Positions 1-12,777 of a DNA stretch of 64,000 bases are shown here, piece after piece. This DNA is from Paraspadella gotoi. Lineage: Eukaryota > Animalia > Chaetognatha. Where the stretch lies: the NCBI GenBank assembly GCA_051294375.1, contig CM119267.1:10314053-10378052 (forward strand), in the 5' to 3' direction. Within the stretch, counting starts at the first letter, position 1. Each line of letters begins with the position of its first letter. The notes under the pieces are model-generated. The model saw nothing but the letters and a program-made list of their open reading frames with translations. It was not told where the DNA came from and searched no databases. The position numbers and the translations under genes are program-made.

Positions 1-838
1 AAGTAGCTCCAGCAAGAATAGGGTCGTTAGTGATTAAACAATTAAGATAAAAAAATCATCTAGAGATCGAATAACCGACGATTAACTCTCATTAGCTATC
101 TCGCACTCGCGCTCTCTCCTTCCCTCCCTCCCTCCCTCCCTCCCTCATTTTCCCTCACTCCCTCTCTTTCTAGGTATAATTTTAGCTATTATGCTGACTT
201 TTTATTGATTAAAACTGGTGTTTATATAGCATCAAGGAGAGAATATAAATATTAAATAATCCAAAAAATCTATTTTTTCTTTTTGGACACAGATCTTGGA
301 AAAAATTTAAATTTGAACCTTACTATAAAAAAATTAGTGTTCGAAATTTTTAGAAAAAATCTACCTCTATCTATCACTAGCTTGTCAGCTTTGCTCTCAA
401 ATTAAAAGATTTAGATATATTTCTAATTACGTAAAAAATGGTACGTATTCATCTTGCGTTAATTGTCATCCGAAAGGTCATAAGAAAAAAAAAGCAAATT
501 TTAGAACTTAAATTACAATTTTATTGCGCGCCACGAATTAATTTTAATATTCGAGACTTTCGCCGCTCTTGACCCGAAGGTTAAGAGCCTTATTGAATCG
601 GACCGTCTTCTTTGATGACACTTGGTCGGCATCCAATTAAATCCCGAAAATATCCGTTCAGTCGAAGTCAAAGTGAAATACATCGTTCGATTCCAGAAAG
701 GACGCTCTCGATCCAAAGATTTTTGAAGCAAAACTTGTTTTTGTATGAGAGCCAAAAAAGATAATCGCAATAATTGGAAAAGTAAATTAAAAAAAAACTT
801 GAAATTTTCACATTAAAAGTAATTTTCTCACTCGCGCG

Positions 839-2812
839 ATGAAAATCTCCGTCCGCGTCAGAGGCGAATGGTTTGCTGTTCCCTGTGGCGACGGCAGCCA
901 GAGCGTCGGCTGGTTGAGCGCCCAGGCGCTGCAGCGCTTCGCAAAGCTACGCGGAGGTGGCGACGCCAAACCGTCTGCGTACGAGATGCGGCGGACTCGC
1001 GGCGGCGCCATCCTCGACTGGGAAGACGTCGTCCGCGACGTGTTGGACGACGACGACTTCGTCAGCCTCGTTCTCGAGTCGGACGTAGAGGATCACGCGT
1101 TCGTGGATCGGCCGCACCTTAACTTCGTGCCCGATCTCGTCTCCAGGGTGGACGAATTGAAGGAGGAGAGCGACGATTTCGTCCTCGACGGGGAATCCCT
1201 CTCCGTCGACGACGTGTTTCGACTCGGGAGCGGAAGCTACAAGATACGCCTCTCGGAGGAGGCGCGACGCCGCGTGCAAAAGTCGCGCGCGTTTTTGGAG
1301 GAGATCGTGACAGAGAATAGGGTCGTCTATGGAGTGACGACGGGATTCGGAAAATTTGCTTCGACGGTCATCGAACCCGCGAATCTCAAGGAGCTGCAGG
1401 TCAATTTGATTCGGTCGCACAGCGCGGGAGTCGGAAACCCTCTGCCACCGGAGCGAACGCGCATGCTTTTGGCGCTCAGGATCAACGTTCTGGCGAAAGG
1501 CTACTCGGGCATCTCCATAGAGAATCTCGATCGCTGCGTGGCATGCTTCAACGCCAACTGCTTGTCTTGGGTTCCGGAGAAGGGAACGGTGGGCGCGTCA
1601 GGGGATTTGGCGCCGTTGGCTCATCTGGCGCTGGGATTGATGGGGGAGGGTAAAATGTGGAGCCCAGAGAGTGGCTGGGGCGAGGCCAAGTACATCCTGG
1701 AGTCGAAAGGGCTCGAGCCTTTGAATCTAAACGCCAAGGAAGGCATCGCCATGATCAACGGCACTCAGTTTATAGTGGCATTCGGGGCTGAAGCCGTGTC
1801 GAGGGCGCGGAACCTTGCCAAACAGGCCGACATCATCGCCGCTCTCACTCTGGAAGTCCTCAAAGGCACCACGGCCGCCTTCGGAAGCAACATTCAAAGG
1901 GTGCGCCCCCACACGGGACAGATCGAAACGGCGCGACGACTACGGTCGTTGCTGCACTCGGAAACCTACCCGTCGGAGATCACTATTTCCCACCGATTTT
2001 GCGACAAGGTCCAAGACGCCTACACCATCCGATGCGTGCCACAGGTGCACGGAGTTGTCCACGACACCATCAAGTTTGTAGAGTCGATTATCCGGACGGA
2101 AATCAACTCGGCAACCGACAACCCGCTCGTATTCGCCGATTCCAACGAGATCGTCTCCGCTGGAAACTTTCACGGGGAATACCCGGCCAAGGCCTGCGAC
2201 TATCTCGCCATCGCCGTCCACGAGTTGGGCTCCATGTCCGAGCGGAGGACGGAACGACTCGTCAATCCCGTCTACAGCGGTCTTCCCGCTTTTCTGACTC
2301 ACAGGGGCGGCCTCGAGAGCGGCTTCATGATGGCGCAGTGCACCGCCGCGGCTCTGGTCTCCGAGAACAAGGCGCTGTGCCACCCTTCCTCGGTCGATTC
2401 GCTCACCACCTCGGCCGGCCAAGAGGATCACGTCTCGATGGGCGGGTGGGCCGCCAGGAAGTGCATACAGATCGTTGAGAACGTGGAACGCGTACTGGCC
2501 ATAGAGCTGTTGGCCGCTTGTCAGGCCATGGAGTTTTTGCGACCCTTGCGCTCCACCAAGCCGATAGAGGCCGTCCACGCGGTCGTTAGGGAAGCCGCCT
2601 CAGCATGGGACAAAGATAGATTTCTGGCGCCAGACATCGATGCCGTCACGGAGTTGCTGAAAAAGATGGATGTTTGGAAGGCTGCCAAGCCCTTTATGGA
2701 CGCCTACCATCTCAAGCAAATAATCGAAACGCCCGTCAGGTCGCCCACCTCAACCAAAAGCCAAAAGAGAAAGCTTTCTGTCGACGAAGTTAATGGGAGT
2801 GACATGGACTAG
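839..2812 (+). CDS. HAL: Histidine ammonia-lyase (histidase), animal type with N-terminal Par3/HAL-N domain; single coding exon, 657 aa
   Basis: N-terminal MKISVRVRGEWFAVPC domain; VYGVTTGFGKF; NLIRSHSAGVG; MIO-forming GTVGASGDLAPL; QDAYTIRC; NSATDNP; GNFHGEYPAK; QEDHVSMG. Uninterrupted ORF. Confidence 0.97.
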   Translation: MKISVRVRGEWFAVPCGDGSQSVGWLSAQALQRFAKLRGGGDAKPSAYEMRRTRGGAILDWEDVVRDVLDDDDFVSLVLESDVEDHAFVDRPHLNFVPDLVSRVDELKEESDDFVLDGESLSVDDVFRLGSGSYKIRLSEEARRRVQKSRAFLEEIVTENRVVYGVTTGFGKFASTVIEPANLKELQVNLIRSHSAGVGNPLPPERTRMLLALRINVLAKGYSGISIENLDRCVACFNANCLSWVPEKGTVGASGDLAPLAHLALGLMGEGKMWSPESGWGEAKYILESKGLEPLNLNAKEGIAMINGTQFIVAFGAEAVSRARNLAKQADIIAALTLEVLKGTTAAFGSNIQRVRPHTGQIETARRLRSLLHSETYPSEITISHRFCDKVQDAYTIRCVPQVHGVVHDTIKFVESIIRTEINSATDNPLVFADSNEIVSAGNFHGEYPAKACDYLAIAVHELGSMSERRTERLVNPVYSGLPAFLTHRGGLESGFMMAQCTAAALVSENKALCHPSSVDSLTTSAGQEDHVSMGGWAARKCIQIVENVERVLAIELLAACQAMEFLRPLRSTKPIEAVHAVVREAASAWDKDRFLAPDIDAVTELLKKMDVWKAAKPFMDAYHLKQIIETPVRSPTSTKSQKRKLSVDEVNGSDMD

Positions 2813-3767
2813 CGAGGAGTGGACAAGCGAAAGACAAAAGAACATTGAACCAAGGATAAACTAAGGATGAACGATTCGACGGAGATTTTGGACTGTGTTG
2901 CTGTCTTTGTACAAAGGTTGGCAAATGAAATGGAACCCATGAATGTGATTCTGAAACTAATAATTTCTCGCTTTCCCGCCTTTTTTAAAACTGATTTTCT
3001 TATATAACGACGTACGAGTTTTATTTAGAAACATTAAATTCGGAAATGTTTCGGCTTCAATGTTCGCCTTCAACAGCTAACAATTAACGCAACGAAATTA
3101 AAGAAAAACGAACAATATAACGATTAAAAATTATTCATGATTGAAGACTAATAATTCATATAGAAATGGTTGTATATAGTTAATTGATTGTAAATTATCT
3201 ATTATTTTTGGTCGTGTAACTGTGAATAAGGTTAGTTTATTTGGTTTTTTCAATTTACTTGTGCCTATATTTAACCGTTATCATTATGAATAAGAGCTGG
3301 CAAGAAATCTTTAGATAAAGTATTTTTATTCTAGAAAAAAATTGTAACATATTCTTCTAGTTTTATAAGTTAATTTCATTACATGGTTTTTCACTATATT
3401 TTTGAATTTGTTGAGGTAGCAAAGAACTAAAGCTTTTATGAATAAATTATGACTTTGACAAAAGCTCAACCAAAGAGCATACATACGAGAACAGGACATT
3501 AGTTAACAGTTATAAATAAGTTCGAAAACGGTCGGGATTTGTTAATTAATCTGTAACGCATAACGAATAATTTACGTAAATGATAGTGTAAAATTATTAA
3601 CTTAACGTAAAACAACAATGGGGTGATTAATTATACTATTTATTTTTTTTGAACGATGCGACATTTGATTATGAGTCTTTGGTCGAGAAGGAAAGGAGCA
3701 ATTCTTCCGGGCATGATTGATTGATTGTATGATTGTATGATTGTTTGGCGCTGAACTTGTTGAGAAA

Positions 3768-5198
<1,431 letters not shown>

Positions 5199-5635
5199 AT
5201 TTATTTTGACAAATTGTCACCCTAATTTAGTTCGGTTTCCAAAGTTTTCAAGGTTGTCGCGTTGTATACGAGAAGTCAGGGCTCTCTCAGTTAAAAGCTA
5301 CATCAGAAAACAGAGGTTTGACCGAAATCAATAAAAAAAAAAGAAGAAAAAACAGAACAGCATGAAACGATCAGTCGTGCCCTTAAATATGGGCGGTCAC
5401 GTAAACTATTTCGTGGAAATGTCTCCTCATGAAAAGACTCATGGGTTTGTACGGTTTTNNNNNNNNNNGTAGTGAAAACGCTGAAGAATTTAGTCACAAA
5501 AAAAAAAGATATTAAAAAATCCGAGAGGTCGTAAACCAAAATCCGAGCCGATGAAAACATCGCAGAGTCATGATAGCGTCTGTCTTGTCTCTCGTCGCGT
5601 TGAAGGTCCCGGGCATCGCGCGTGCACGAAACACG

Positions 5636-5669
5636 CCAATCGCAAGCTCGCTAGGGTATCTCGACCAAT
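5636..5669. promoter_or_regulatory. Paired CCAAT boxes (possible NF-Y sites) in a CpG-rich patch upstream of ACP1
   Basis: CCAAT at 5636 and 5665 (29 bp apart), about 440 bp upstream of the ACP1 ATG. Motif evidence only. Confidence 0.3.
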
Positions 5670-6053
5670 GAGAGAACGTTTTAATATTGTGTTATCGAAA
5701 CTATATTTTTATTTAGATTAGATTATATTTAATCAGAAAGACGGGCCGGGGGTGGGCCATGGGTCGCAGTTACAAATAATAACGCACAATCACAACTTAA
5801 CAGAACAGAAACACTCAAAAAATACAATCAATGCATTTACTTTCCGTTTAAGTAAATTAAGGTATAAGTATAACTATATTCTATAAGTTCCGGTTGGCAA
5901 TCTTTATCTCTAACTGTTGACTGTAACTGTAAAATATCCAATTGCAGTCAATTTTTCATATTTATTTATAGGTTAACATTCTTATTTTTCTCCTGTCTCG
6001 AAATCCCATCCATCTGAAGTCATCAGAATAAAACTAGTCCTTTAATAATAAAG

Positions 6054-6190
6054 TATGGTGGACTAAAATCCATCAACCGTTCATCAGCGGCCATTGGTGC
6101 CGGAGGCAGGTCGTTCGCCTACCAACCCAAAGGTCCGGGGTTCTAGCCCGGCGGCCGCCTAGCAGTTAAGAGTTAGTTAGTTAGTTAGTT
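6054..6190 (+). mobile_element. tRNA(Gly)-derived SINE-like repeat, truncated copy ending in (TTAG)n
   Basis: tRNA-like head 6087-6158 with GCGGCC/GGCCGC acceptor-like stem, A-box-like TGGTGCCGGAGG, TCGCCT-ACC-AA loop and B-box-like GGTTCTAGCCC. Close match to 9994-10112 on the opposite strand. Confidence 0.7.
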
Positions 6191-6541
6191 TTCTAACTAA
6201 TAAATATTATAAGTTAATTACGAGTTTAACCAAGTCTTTTAGTATCACTCCAGGTTGAAGTCCCTGTAAATACGTACTATTTAGTATTTTAATTGAAAAT
6301 AAAAGAAGTTTTTTTTCTAATTTAAAAGTTAATCAATCAAAGGAATGAATAAACGTGACTTTTTGAATTCTATATATTTTACAAACTCGCACTCTCTCAC
6401 AAATAATGACGAGGAAAAAAATAAAGAAAGAAGGCAAGCAAGCAAGAAAAAAGAAAGAAAGAAGGCAAGCAAGCAAGCAAGAAAATAATAAAGAAAAGAG
6501 CAAATATCGAAAGGGAGTAATTAGATGACAAATCCCTTCAA

Positions 6542-8742
6542 TCAAGCCTCGTGCTTCCTTCCTTTTCTCCTCCTCCGATTAATCGATCGACAACAGAAGA
6601 TCGCGACGACGATGGGCACGACGACGACGAGGTGCTCCACTTGGAACTCCCACATTGTCGTCGGACTCTTATCGACGATCCTCAACACGCGCTCGTGGAC
6701 GAGCGGTTCCGGGAAGAGTGGATGCTCGAACCGGCAAGACGCTTTCTTTCCGTCGTCGCTCGGCGTCGGCACGAAGTAGACGCGAACGACGGCGCCCTCG
6801 CCGGGATAAGGCTCCGGTCCGAGGAGGATCCTTTCCCCGACGCGTATGATCAGATTGGGGGGAATAAGTCGCTTAAACAGATCGTCGGGCAGCGAGCATC
6901 CCAATCGCGTCGCTACGCCCACCTTCAAAGCGTCAAGCCCGCCGTCCAACGTGGCGTTCCCAGGTAAATGAAATATCGTCGGGTCGATTCTATCCGATTC
7001 CGCGGAAGCGTTGGTGACTCTATTGACCAAGACGCATTTGATGGAGGGGATGATCTCTTGGGATTCGATCAAGAGATCGGCCGACTGTCGGAGCCGGAAT
7101 CCGGACGGCTTATATTCCACGACGCCGGGCATCTTCGATATCTGCATGGACGACCCGACTTCCCATCGGAACTCTGCGATTTCCGGTTCAAAATCGTCGG
7201 CGGCGCACTTGACCCGAATGGATTTGGCGCCGGTTAGGCCGGCGTGGTTAAGTCTCTCGATCCCGATCCGAACTTCAGTGGGTCCGTAGGCGACTCTGAA
7301 CGCCGCCGATGACACTTGAAGCGATCCCACCCCGTTGTCGGCCACGCATTCCACTTTCTTGCCGCTCAAGTCCCGTTTTGCCTTCAATTTCGCCTCCACA
7401 AGATCGTTTTTTCTCGCCAGTTTGACGCCGTCAAACATCAGTGTCAGCGGGCCTTTGGGATTTCCCGGCGCCATGGACCGGCATCGGATGATCGCTTCGG
7501 CGCCCTCGACGACCCACTCCGAGAACTCGATCGAAGGAGATCCCGGTTGATGACGGACATCGAGGAGTACTCCGACGGACGACGCTGTCAATTTCGTAAC
7601 CGGATTGACGGCCTCGCACTTGATTACGGCGCCGTGATCGGCGGCGACGGGGTTGAGACTCAACTCATGCGACGCCAAAAATCCGTGTGGGAAGTCGCCC
7701 GGCGTAGTGGAGGACGCCGGGACGGCCTTTTCTACTAAAGGTTTGTCCGCTTTTATCCATCGGAATTCCGGCGCCGGGTTGACCACGTCGCGCAACAAGC
7801 ACTCCAGTTTCAGCGCGTCGCCGGAGTCGACCGAGGTGACGCCGACGACGACCGGCGCCATTTTGGGTCCGAAGGCGACTTTAAACGTGATCGGCGCGAC
7901 GAGGACGATGCCGTCGGCATGCGTAGCAGCGTTGAAGGCGCGACATTCTATGCGGCGCTCATTCCAGTCGATGCCGACACGGAAAACTGTGTTCGTACGG
8001 TTGGCGATGACGGGAGGTGTAAAAAAGACGCCGTCCGTGGTCCAAGTGAGTGACGCGGGCGGATTTCCGACGTCGCCATCGATCGAACATTTGAGCGACA
8101 CCTCCTCGTCCTGCTTCAGAAACGTCGATGGATGATAGCCCGTAATTTTGGGTTGCTCCGGCGGCCAGATGATCGAGAGCTTGGCGGTGACTGCCACCTG
8201 GCCGCCGCCCGAATTCACCACCACGCAACGCATTTCCAAGCCGACGTCGTGTCGCGAAGGAGCCAAGGATAGTTGCGAGGTCACGACGTAGCCGACGATA
8301 TCGCTTCCCGTGTGGTTGGTCTTTGAATTCATCGTGACGTTGTAGCCGTGATATATCCACCAGATGTCGGGGCGAGGGAGGGCGTTCGTCGCCGTGCATG
8401 TTAAAAAGCGGCGCGCTTTTTCGATCAAGGGGCTCTCCAGTCCTGGTACAAAGAGGAAATTTTAAAAAAATTATTGGCAAAAAGTTATTTTTTTAAAAAA
8501 TTTGATTAATTTGGATGAATTTTATTAGGAGATTTTATTTTATGCAGCAATTAAAAACTCTGTGTTAACCCAGGGTATCCAGAAAAAAAACAAACAAGAC
8601 ACTGACCAGTCAGAACGACGTTCGGAACTCGGGTCCACGTTTCGTCGGCCTCAGGGTCGTGAAAAACAAAGTTACTGATGCTGTGAGGTAGAAGGAGGAA
8701 GATGTTGTGAAGGAGTAAGGGGATTCGGAGAAGATGTTTCAT
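6542..8742 (-). CDS. Nephrin/KIRREL-like immunoglobulin-superfamily type I membrane protein: signal peptide, 6 Ig-like domains, TM, very short tail; 2 exons (8742-8607, 8442-6542), about 678 aa
   Basis: Exon 1 MKHLLRIPLLLHNIFLLLPHSIS.. is a signal-like peptide ending at a phase-1 donor (G|GTCAGT) that matches the acceptor TTTGTACCAG at 8443. Six Cys pairs with C2-set-like motifs (GNPPASLTW, NPAPEFRW, DHGAVIKCEAVN, DDGKKASC). TM LVVVVPIVVAIFCC followed by RRRRKGRK. Confidence 0.85.
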
Positions 8743-9351
8743 CGTCGCCGAAATTCGGTGTTTAAGATTCGAGAATTAAAAATTAGAGAATCATTTTCAT
8801 TTTGAATCTATCCTAATGCGAACAAAAATAGAGAGAATTAGAAACTAAAGTCTTCAGCAGTCAAACCGGTTAAGTCTCGGGTCCAGTTCGCGTGCTGCTT
8901 GATGATATTCGTAACCGGTTATGAGAAAAAAAAAACCTGCTGATCGTATCGTCTATGAATAAATTTGTAATAAATAAAAGGATTTATAACATTCGTAACA
9001 TTGTTTTCAAGCTAAATTCAAACCAAAAATTCGTACGTTGAAAAACTTTAAATGATGGAAACGTTAACACAGCCAAAGAAAGGGCGGCTAAACTCAGCCC
9101 TATACTCTTCCCAGGGAACTTTACTCAATCCAAAAATCACAACTGGAACTCGAATTTTCAATTCTTAAAAAAATCTGGTAATTACAAATTAACATTAGGT
9201 TTCATTTGTAAATAAGTTGGTAGTTTGTGTAAATGTTCGTGTAAATGTAAGAGAATTATATGAAAATATTGAAGCTTGAAACCGAGATGCATATTCTTTG
9301 GAAAGAAATTCACAGAGAAACATTCTTTTACGTCTTTCTTTAGCAACAACC

Positions 9352-11012
9352 ATGGAATACACCGTCTCCCGCCTGACTCACGCCTTCGCCGCGTTCATTA
9401 GCGCCTTGGAAATTCTCTTCGTCCTGGGATCTGTCGTCGTCATGGCGATCGTCATCGACTTCAACCTCGCCCTCGTCCTCATGGAAGCGGCGTTGCTCGG
9501 TTGCGGCGTCGTCTCCGTCGGCGTCACCTGGTTTTTCGGCGCCAGTTTCGTTAGAGGCGAGGATTTTTCTTTCGCGTCGCGATTCTGGAAAAACTTATTT
9601 TTATTTGTATTCTTTAAAAGTGAAGAACCATCAAACTCTCAGACTGGTTTCCGCGATGATCTTTTGTTGGTGATTAACTTTCCAGCTTCGACATGGAGCG
9701 ATCCTAGCGACAAAAAGTCTCCGCCTCTTGTTTTGCACCCGATTTGCTGGCATCGGGCGAAATTCCATCGCGGATCGAGATCGAGGGTCTCGCCGTGGAC
9801 GCTCATCCTTCACGCTTCGTTCTTCAGCCTTCCCTGTCTCTTGATTCAGGTTTAAGAGGGTTTTGACTTATTTTAGACTGAAGAGAGAGTAATTATTGAT
9901 ACGTGTTAATGACAGAACCGTTCAATATAAGCAGTCCCTGAGCTTCGGATCAGGCTGTAACACCGAGTTACAGGCGGGTTAAGCGCCCCGTCCCTCTTAA
10001 CTGCTAGGAGGCCACCGGGCTAGAACCCCGGACCTTTGAGTTGGGAGGCGAATGACTTGCCTCCGGCACCAATGGCCGCTGATGAACGGTTGATGGATTT
10101 TGGTCCACCATAAGACCTAATTTAACTTTCTCTCCCAAACTTCCTTTCACTTGCAGCTTTACGTGAAGAGCATCTTTCTGGTTCACTGGTCGTCGCTGAG
10201 AACCTCTTTCGTCGCCACCACCGTCACCGAGCTGGTGGCGCCGTTCAATCGAGGCCTCGCCTTTAACGTCATGGACGACTCCTTAGTGGCCTTCCTTTTC
10301 CACCTGGTGGCCATCGCCGTCCACCTCGACAACTACCTTGTCTGCTTCTTTTTGTTTTTCGTCGACTCGTTCGAAAAAGAGGAGGAGGAAGAAAAGGAGG
10401 AAGAGGAGGAAGAGGAGGAAGAGGATAAGAAGATGGAAGTTTCTGGTGAGAGAATTTTTGAGAGTGAGGGAATATTTATTAATAATATTATTAATAATCG
10501 CTCTGTCTACGACGATGCCAGCCAAGAAATTGTGCTCGCTCAATTTTTTTAACTTTTCTTTCCAGTCTGCGACCCTCCTGAGGACCCATTCCAGCCACAC
10601 TCCATCCCGCTCCCTTCACCAACCATCAAGACGTCCGTCTACATTCGTCTCTCCGTCTGGACCCTCCTCGTCTCCTGGTTGGCCCAAGTCTGCCTCACCG
10701 TCCCCTCCATTTTCAACTGCTTCGTCGAGGGAAAGCTGCTCGACGGTGTGCTGCTGGCGCTGACCTTTCACCTGCTGCCGCTGCCCGCTCTCGCGGGAAG
10801 GGAGTGAGGAAGAATTGTCCGAATTTGAAATAAAGACTTAACGTTTTACTTTAGTATCTTGCTTTATTTTTAGACGCTGGCTGCGCAAGTGGAACTGCGA
10901 GTTGTCAAAAACGGATTTGATCGTCTTCTTCGCCGTCGTCGTCTTCGAAGCAACGATGGCCGTTTACTTCTTCGCCGGGAGTCTGGAGGCTCGTCATCAA
11001 GAGTTGGCCTGA
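9352..11012 (+). CDS. Uncharacterised multi-pass membrane protein, 5 exons (9352-9544, 9686-9849, 10157-10445, 10566-10803, 10874-11012), about 340 aa with a poly-Glu loop
   Basis: GC-rich exons joined by GT-AG introns keep a single open frame (1023 nt) to TGA at 11010. Several hydrophobic segments. Intron 1 is in-frame and stop-free, so its donor is uncertain. Confidence 0.7.
9900..10112 (-). mobile_element. tRNA(Gly)-derived SINE-like repeat in intron 2 of the membrane-protein gene
   Basis: Reverse complement of 9994-10112 matches 6054-6172 with few substitutions (loop CT-CCC-AA). It appears to continue about 90 bp further 3'; that end is approximate. Confidence 0.7.
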
Positions 11013-12461
11013 GGTCGGAGAAGATTTCTCAACCATGCCGACAATCCAAAGGACAGCTTGATTATTGCTTGATTTCTGCGAGAATTTTTTTATACCAGTG
11101 CTAGTGAGAAAAATAATGATGTGCGTTTTCTCATTATTTCACTTGAAAATTATACTTAAAATTCGCAGAAAATTATACTTAAAGTTCTCTGAAAAATATA
11201 TTTTTTGGGGCAAAATGTAGTTAGCATATTATATTGTTCAGTGCTATTTCATTGACAAACTTGGCATTCAGTATTTTTTTAAATGAAGCAGGTTTAGTAA
11301 AGTATTTACATAATTAATTTGCTACTGTGGGATGTTCAATGAGTGATTCACCCAATTGAACCTCGTTTGAGAAAGAAAGGACATTGAAAAAAAAAAGAAA
11401 GGTTCTAACGAAAAGAAAGATCCTATTTACTCGTTAGAAGAAAGAGAGAAAAACTCTTTGCCCGGGATTTTCAGCCGAGTATTGAAAACAACGACAACAA
11501 CAACAACAGCGTTGACCAAACAATATCAACGATCCTCTTTGGTCGCAAAATCTTAAGCGAGACGCAAACATCACGTAGACCGGCGAAGTTTGTTTTTTTT
11601 CCAGAAGAAACGGGGCGAATCAAAGAAAAATTCCGAAATAAATAAGGGTCGACCGGTGGTATGTGTGACTTCTCTGGGGAAGGTCATGATGGGTTATTTA
11701 TTTATTCATTGCTCGTAAAATGTCATTGTTATAAACGGTTCTCGGTGTGACTCAATTTTGTTCTTTTGTTCATTTCGTGGAATCTGATAACGTAAATGAG
11801 GTTAAGATGACGCAAGATACGATGATGACGTGGACGACGACGACGATGAAGAGAACGAATACTAATGACGCCATCGACGTCACACCTTCAAGTCGACAGG
11901 TATTCGTGATAACACGAAAGAGGGAGTCCGGGGTTCGTGTCGAGGGAACCAGAAAATTTAGGGAGCGACGGGATGGTTTGGAAGGAGTGGAAAATGAATT
12001 AATAACTATCTATAGGTGGCTAATATGGGCTATATTTAGAAATTATTTTTATAACTCGCTTTCTTCTTTTTGCCGAACGGAATCGAATTTGGATTCGAGA
12101 CAAAAATCGGAGGTTGCGGGCAGGGGGGGGGGAGAAGAAAGGGAATTGAGAATGAGCTCATTGGAGGTTCGGTTCTTGTTTATTCGAATGAGATTTTAAA
12201 AAAGACAAAAGATTAGAGAGGAAAAAGGGAAAAGTAAAAGAAGAAAATGCAGGGAAAAAGAAGGGCCTATGTAAAATGGAAATAGTAAGTACCTAGAAAT
12301 AATGATATATAACTTTGAGGGAAACAAAATTACTAANNNNNNNNNNATTTTTAAAAAAAGAAAAAAGATTAGAGAGGAAAAAGGGAAAAGGAAAAGAAGA
12401 AAATGTAGGAAAAAAGAAGGGCCTATGTAAAATGGAAATAGTAAGTACCTAGAAATAATGA

Positions 12462-12567
12462 TATGAAATTGGTACAACCAATATAAAAATTATCCATTCA
12501 TTTAATAAATAAGCTATCTTGCCCCTGACTTTGGACAGGCTTTGGTGGTTTAAGGCCTCCATCACTT
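12462..12567. repeat. Dispersed repeat fragment (other copies at about 18135-18235, 47209-47310, 57450-57550)
   Basis: TATGAAATTGGTACAACCAATATAAAAATTATCCATTCATTTAATAAA..GCTATCTTGCCCCTGACTTTGGACAGGCTTTGG also occurs in the RAPGEF intron, in unrelated context. Confidence 0.75.
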
Positions 12568-12727
12568 ATATAACTTTGAGGGAAACAAAATTACTAACAT
12601 GAAAAATATTAAAAGACGGGGGGAATAAAAAAGGACAAGAGGTAAGAGAAATATGAAAAAAAGCTCTCTCTCTCTCTCTCTCCTCTCTCTATCTCTCTCT
12701 CGGTCAAGGGCATTGGGATCGAAAGTT

Positions 12728-12777
<50 letters not shown>

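Noticed and set aside
947-2578. Long antisense or alternate-frame ORFs over HAL (also over the Ig gene and RAPGEF, e.g. 48513-49688)
   Set aside because: Expected shadow ORFs of GC-rich coding sequence; no recognisable domains.
839-2812. Horizontal transfer of bacterial hutH, or contamination
   Set aside because: It has the animal-type N-terminal domain, composition like neighbouring exons, and no hut operon genes nearby.
6087-6158. Functional tRNA-Gly gene
   Set aside because: The anticodon stem does not pair, the T-loop is non-canonical, and the anticodon differs between copies; better explained as a repeat head.
6173-6190. (TTAG)n as a telomeric repeat
   Set aside because: Short tetranucleotide run at the end of the SINE-like copy, not a TTAGG/TTAGGG array.
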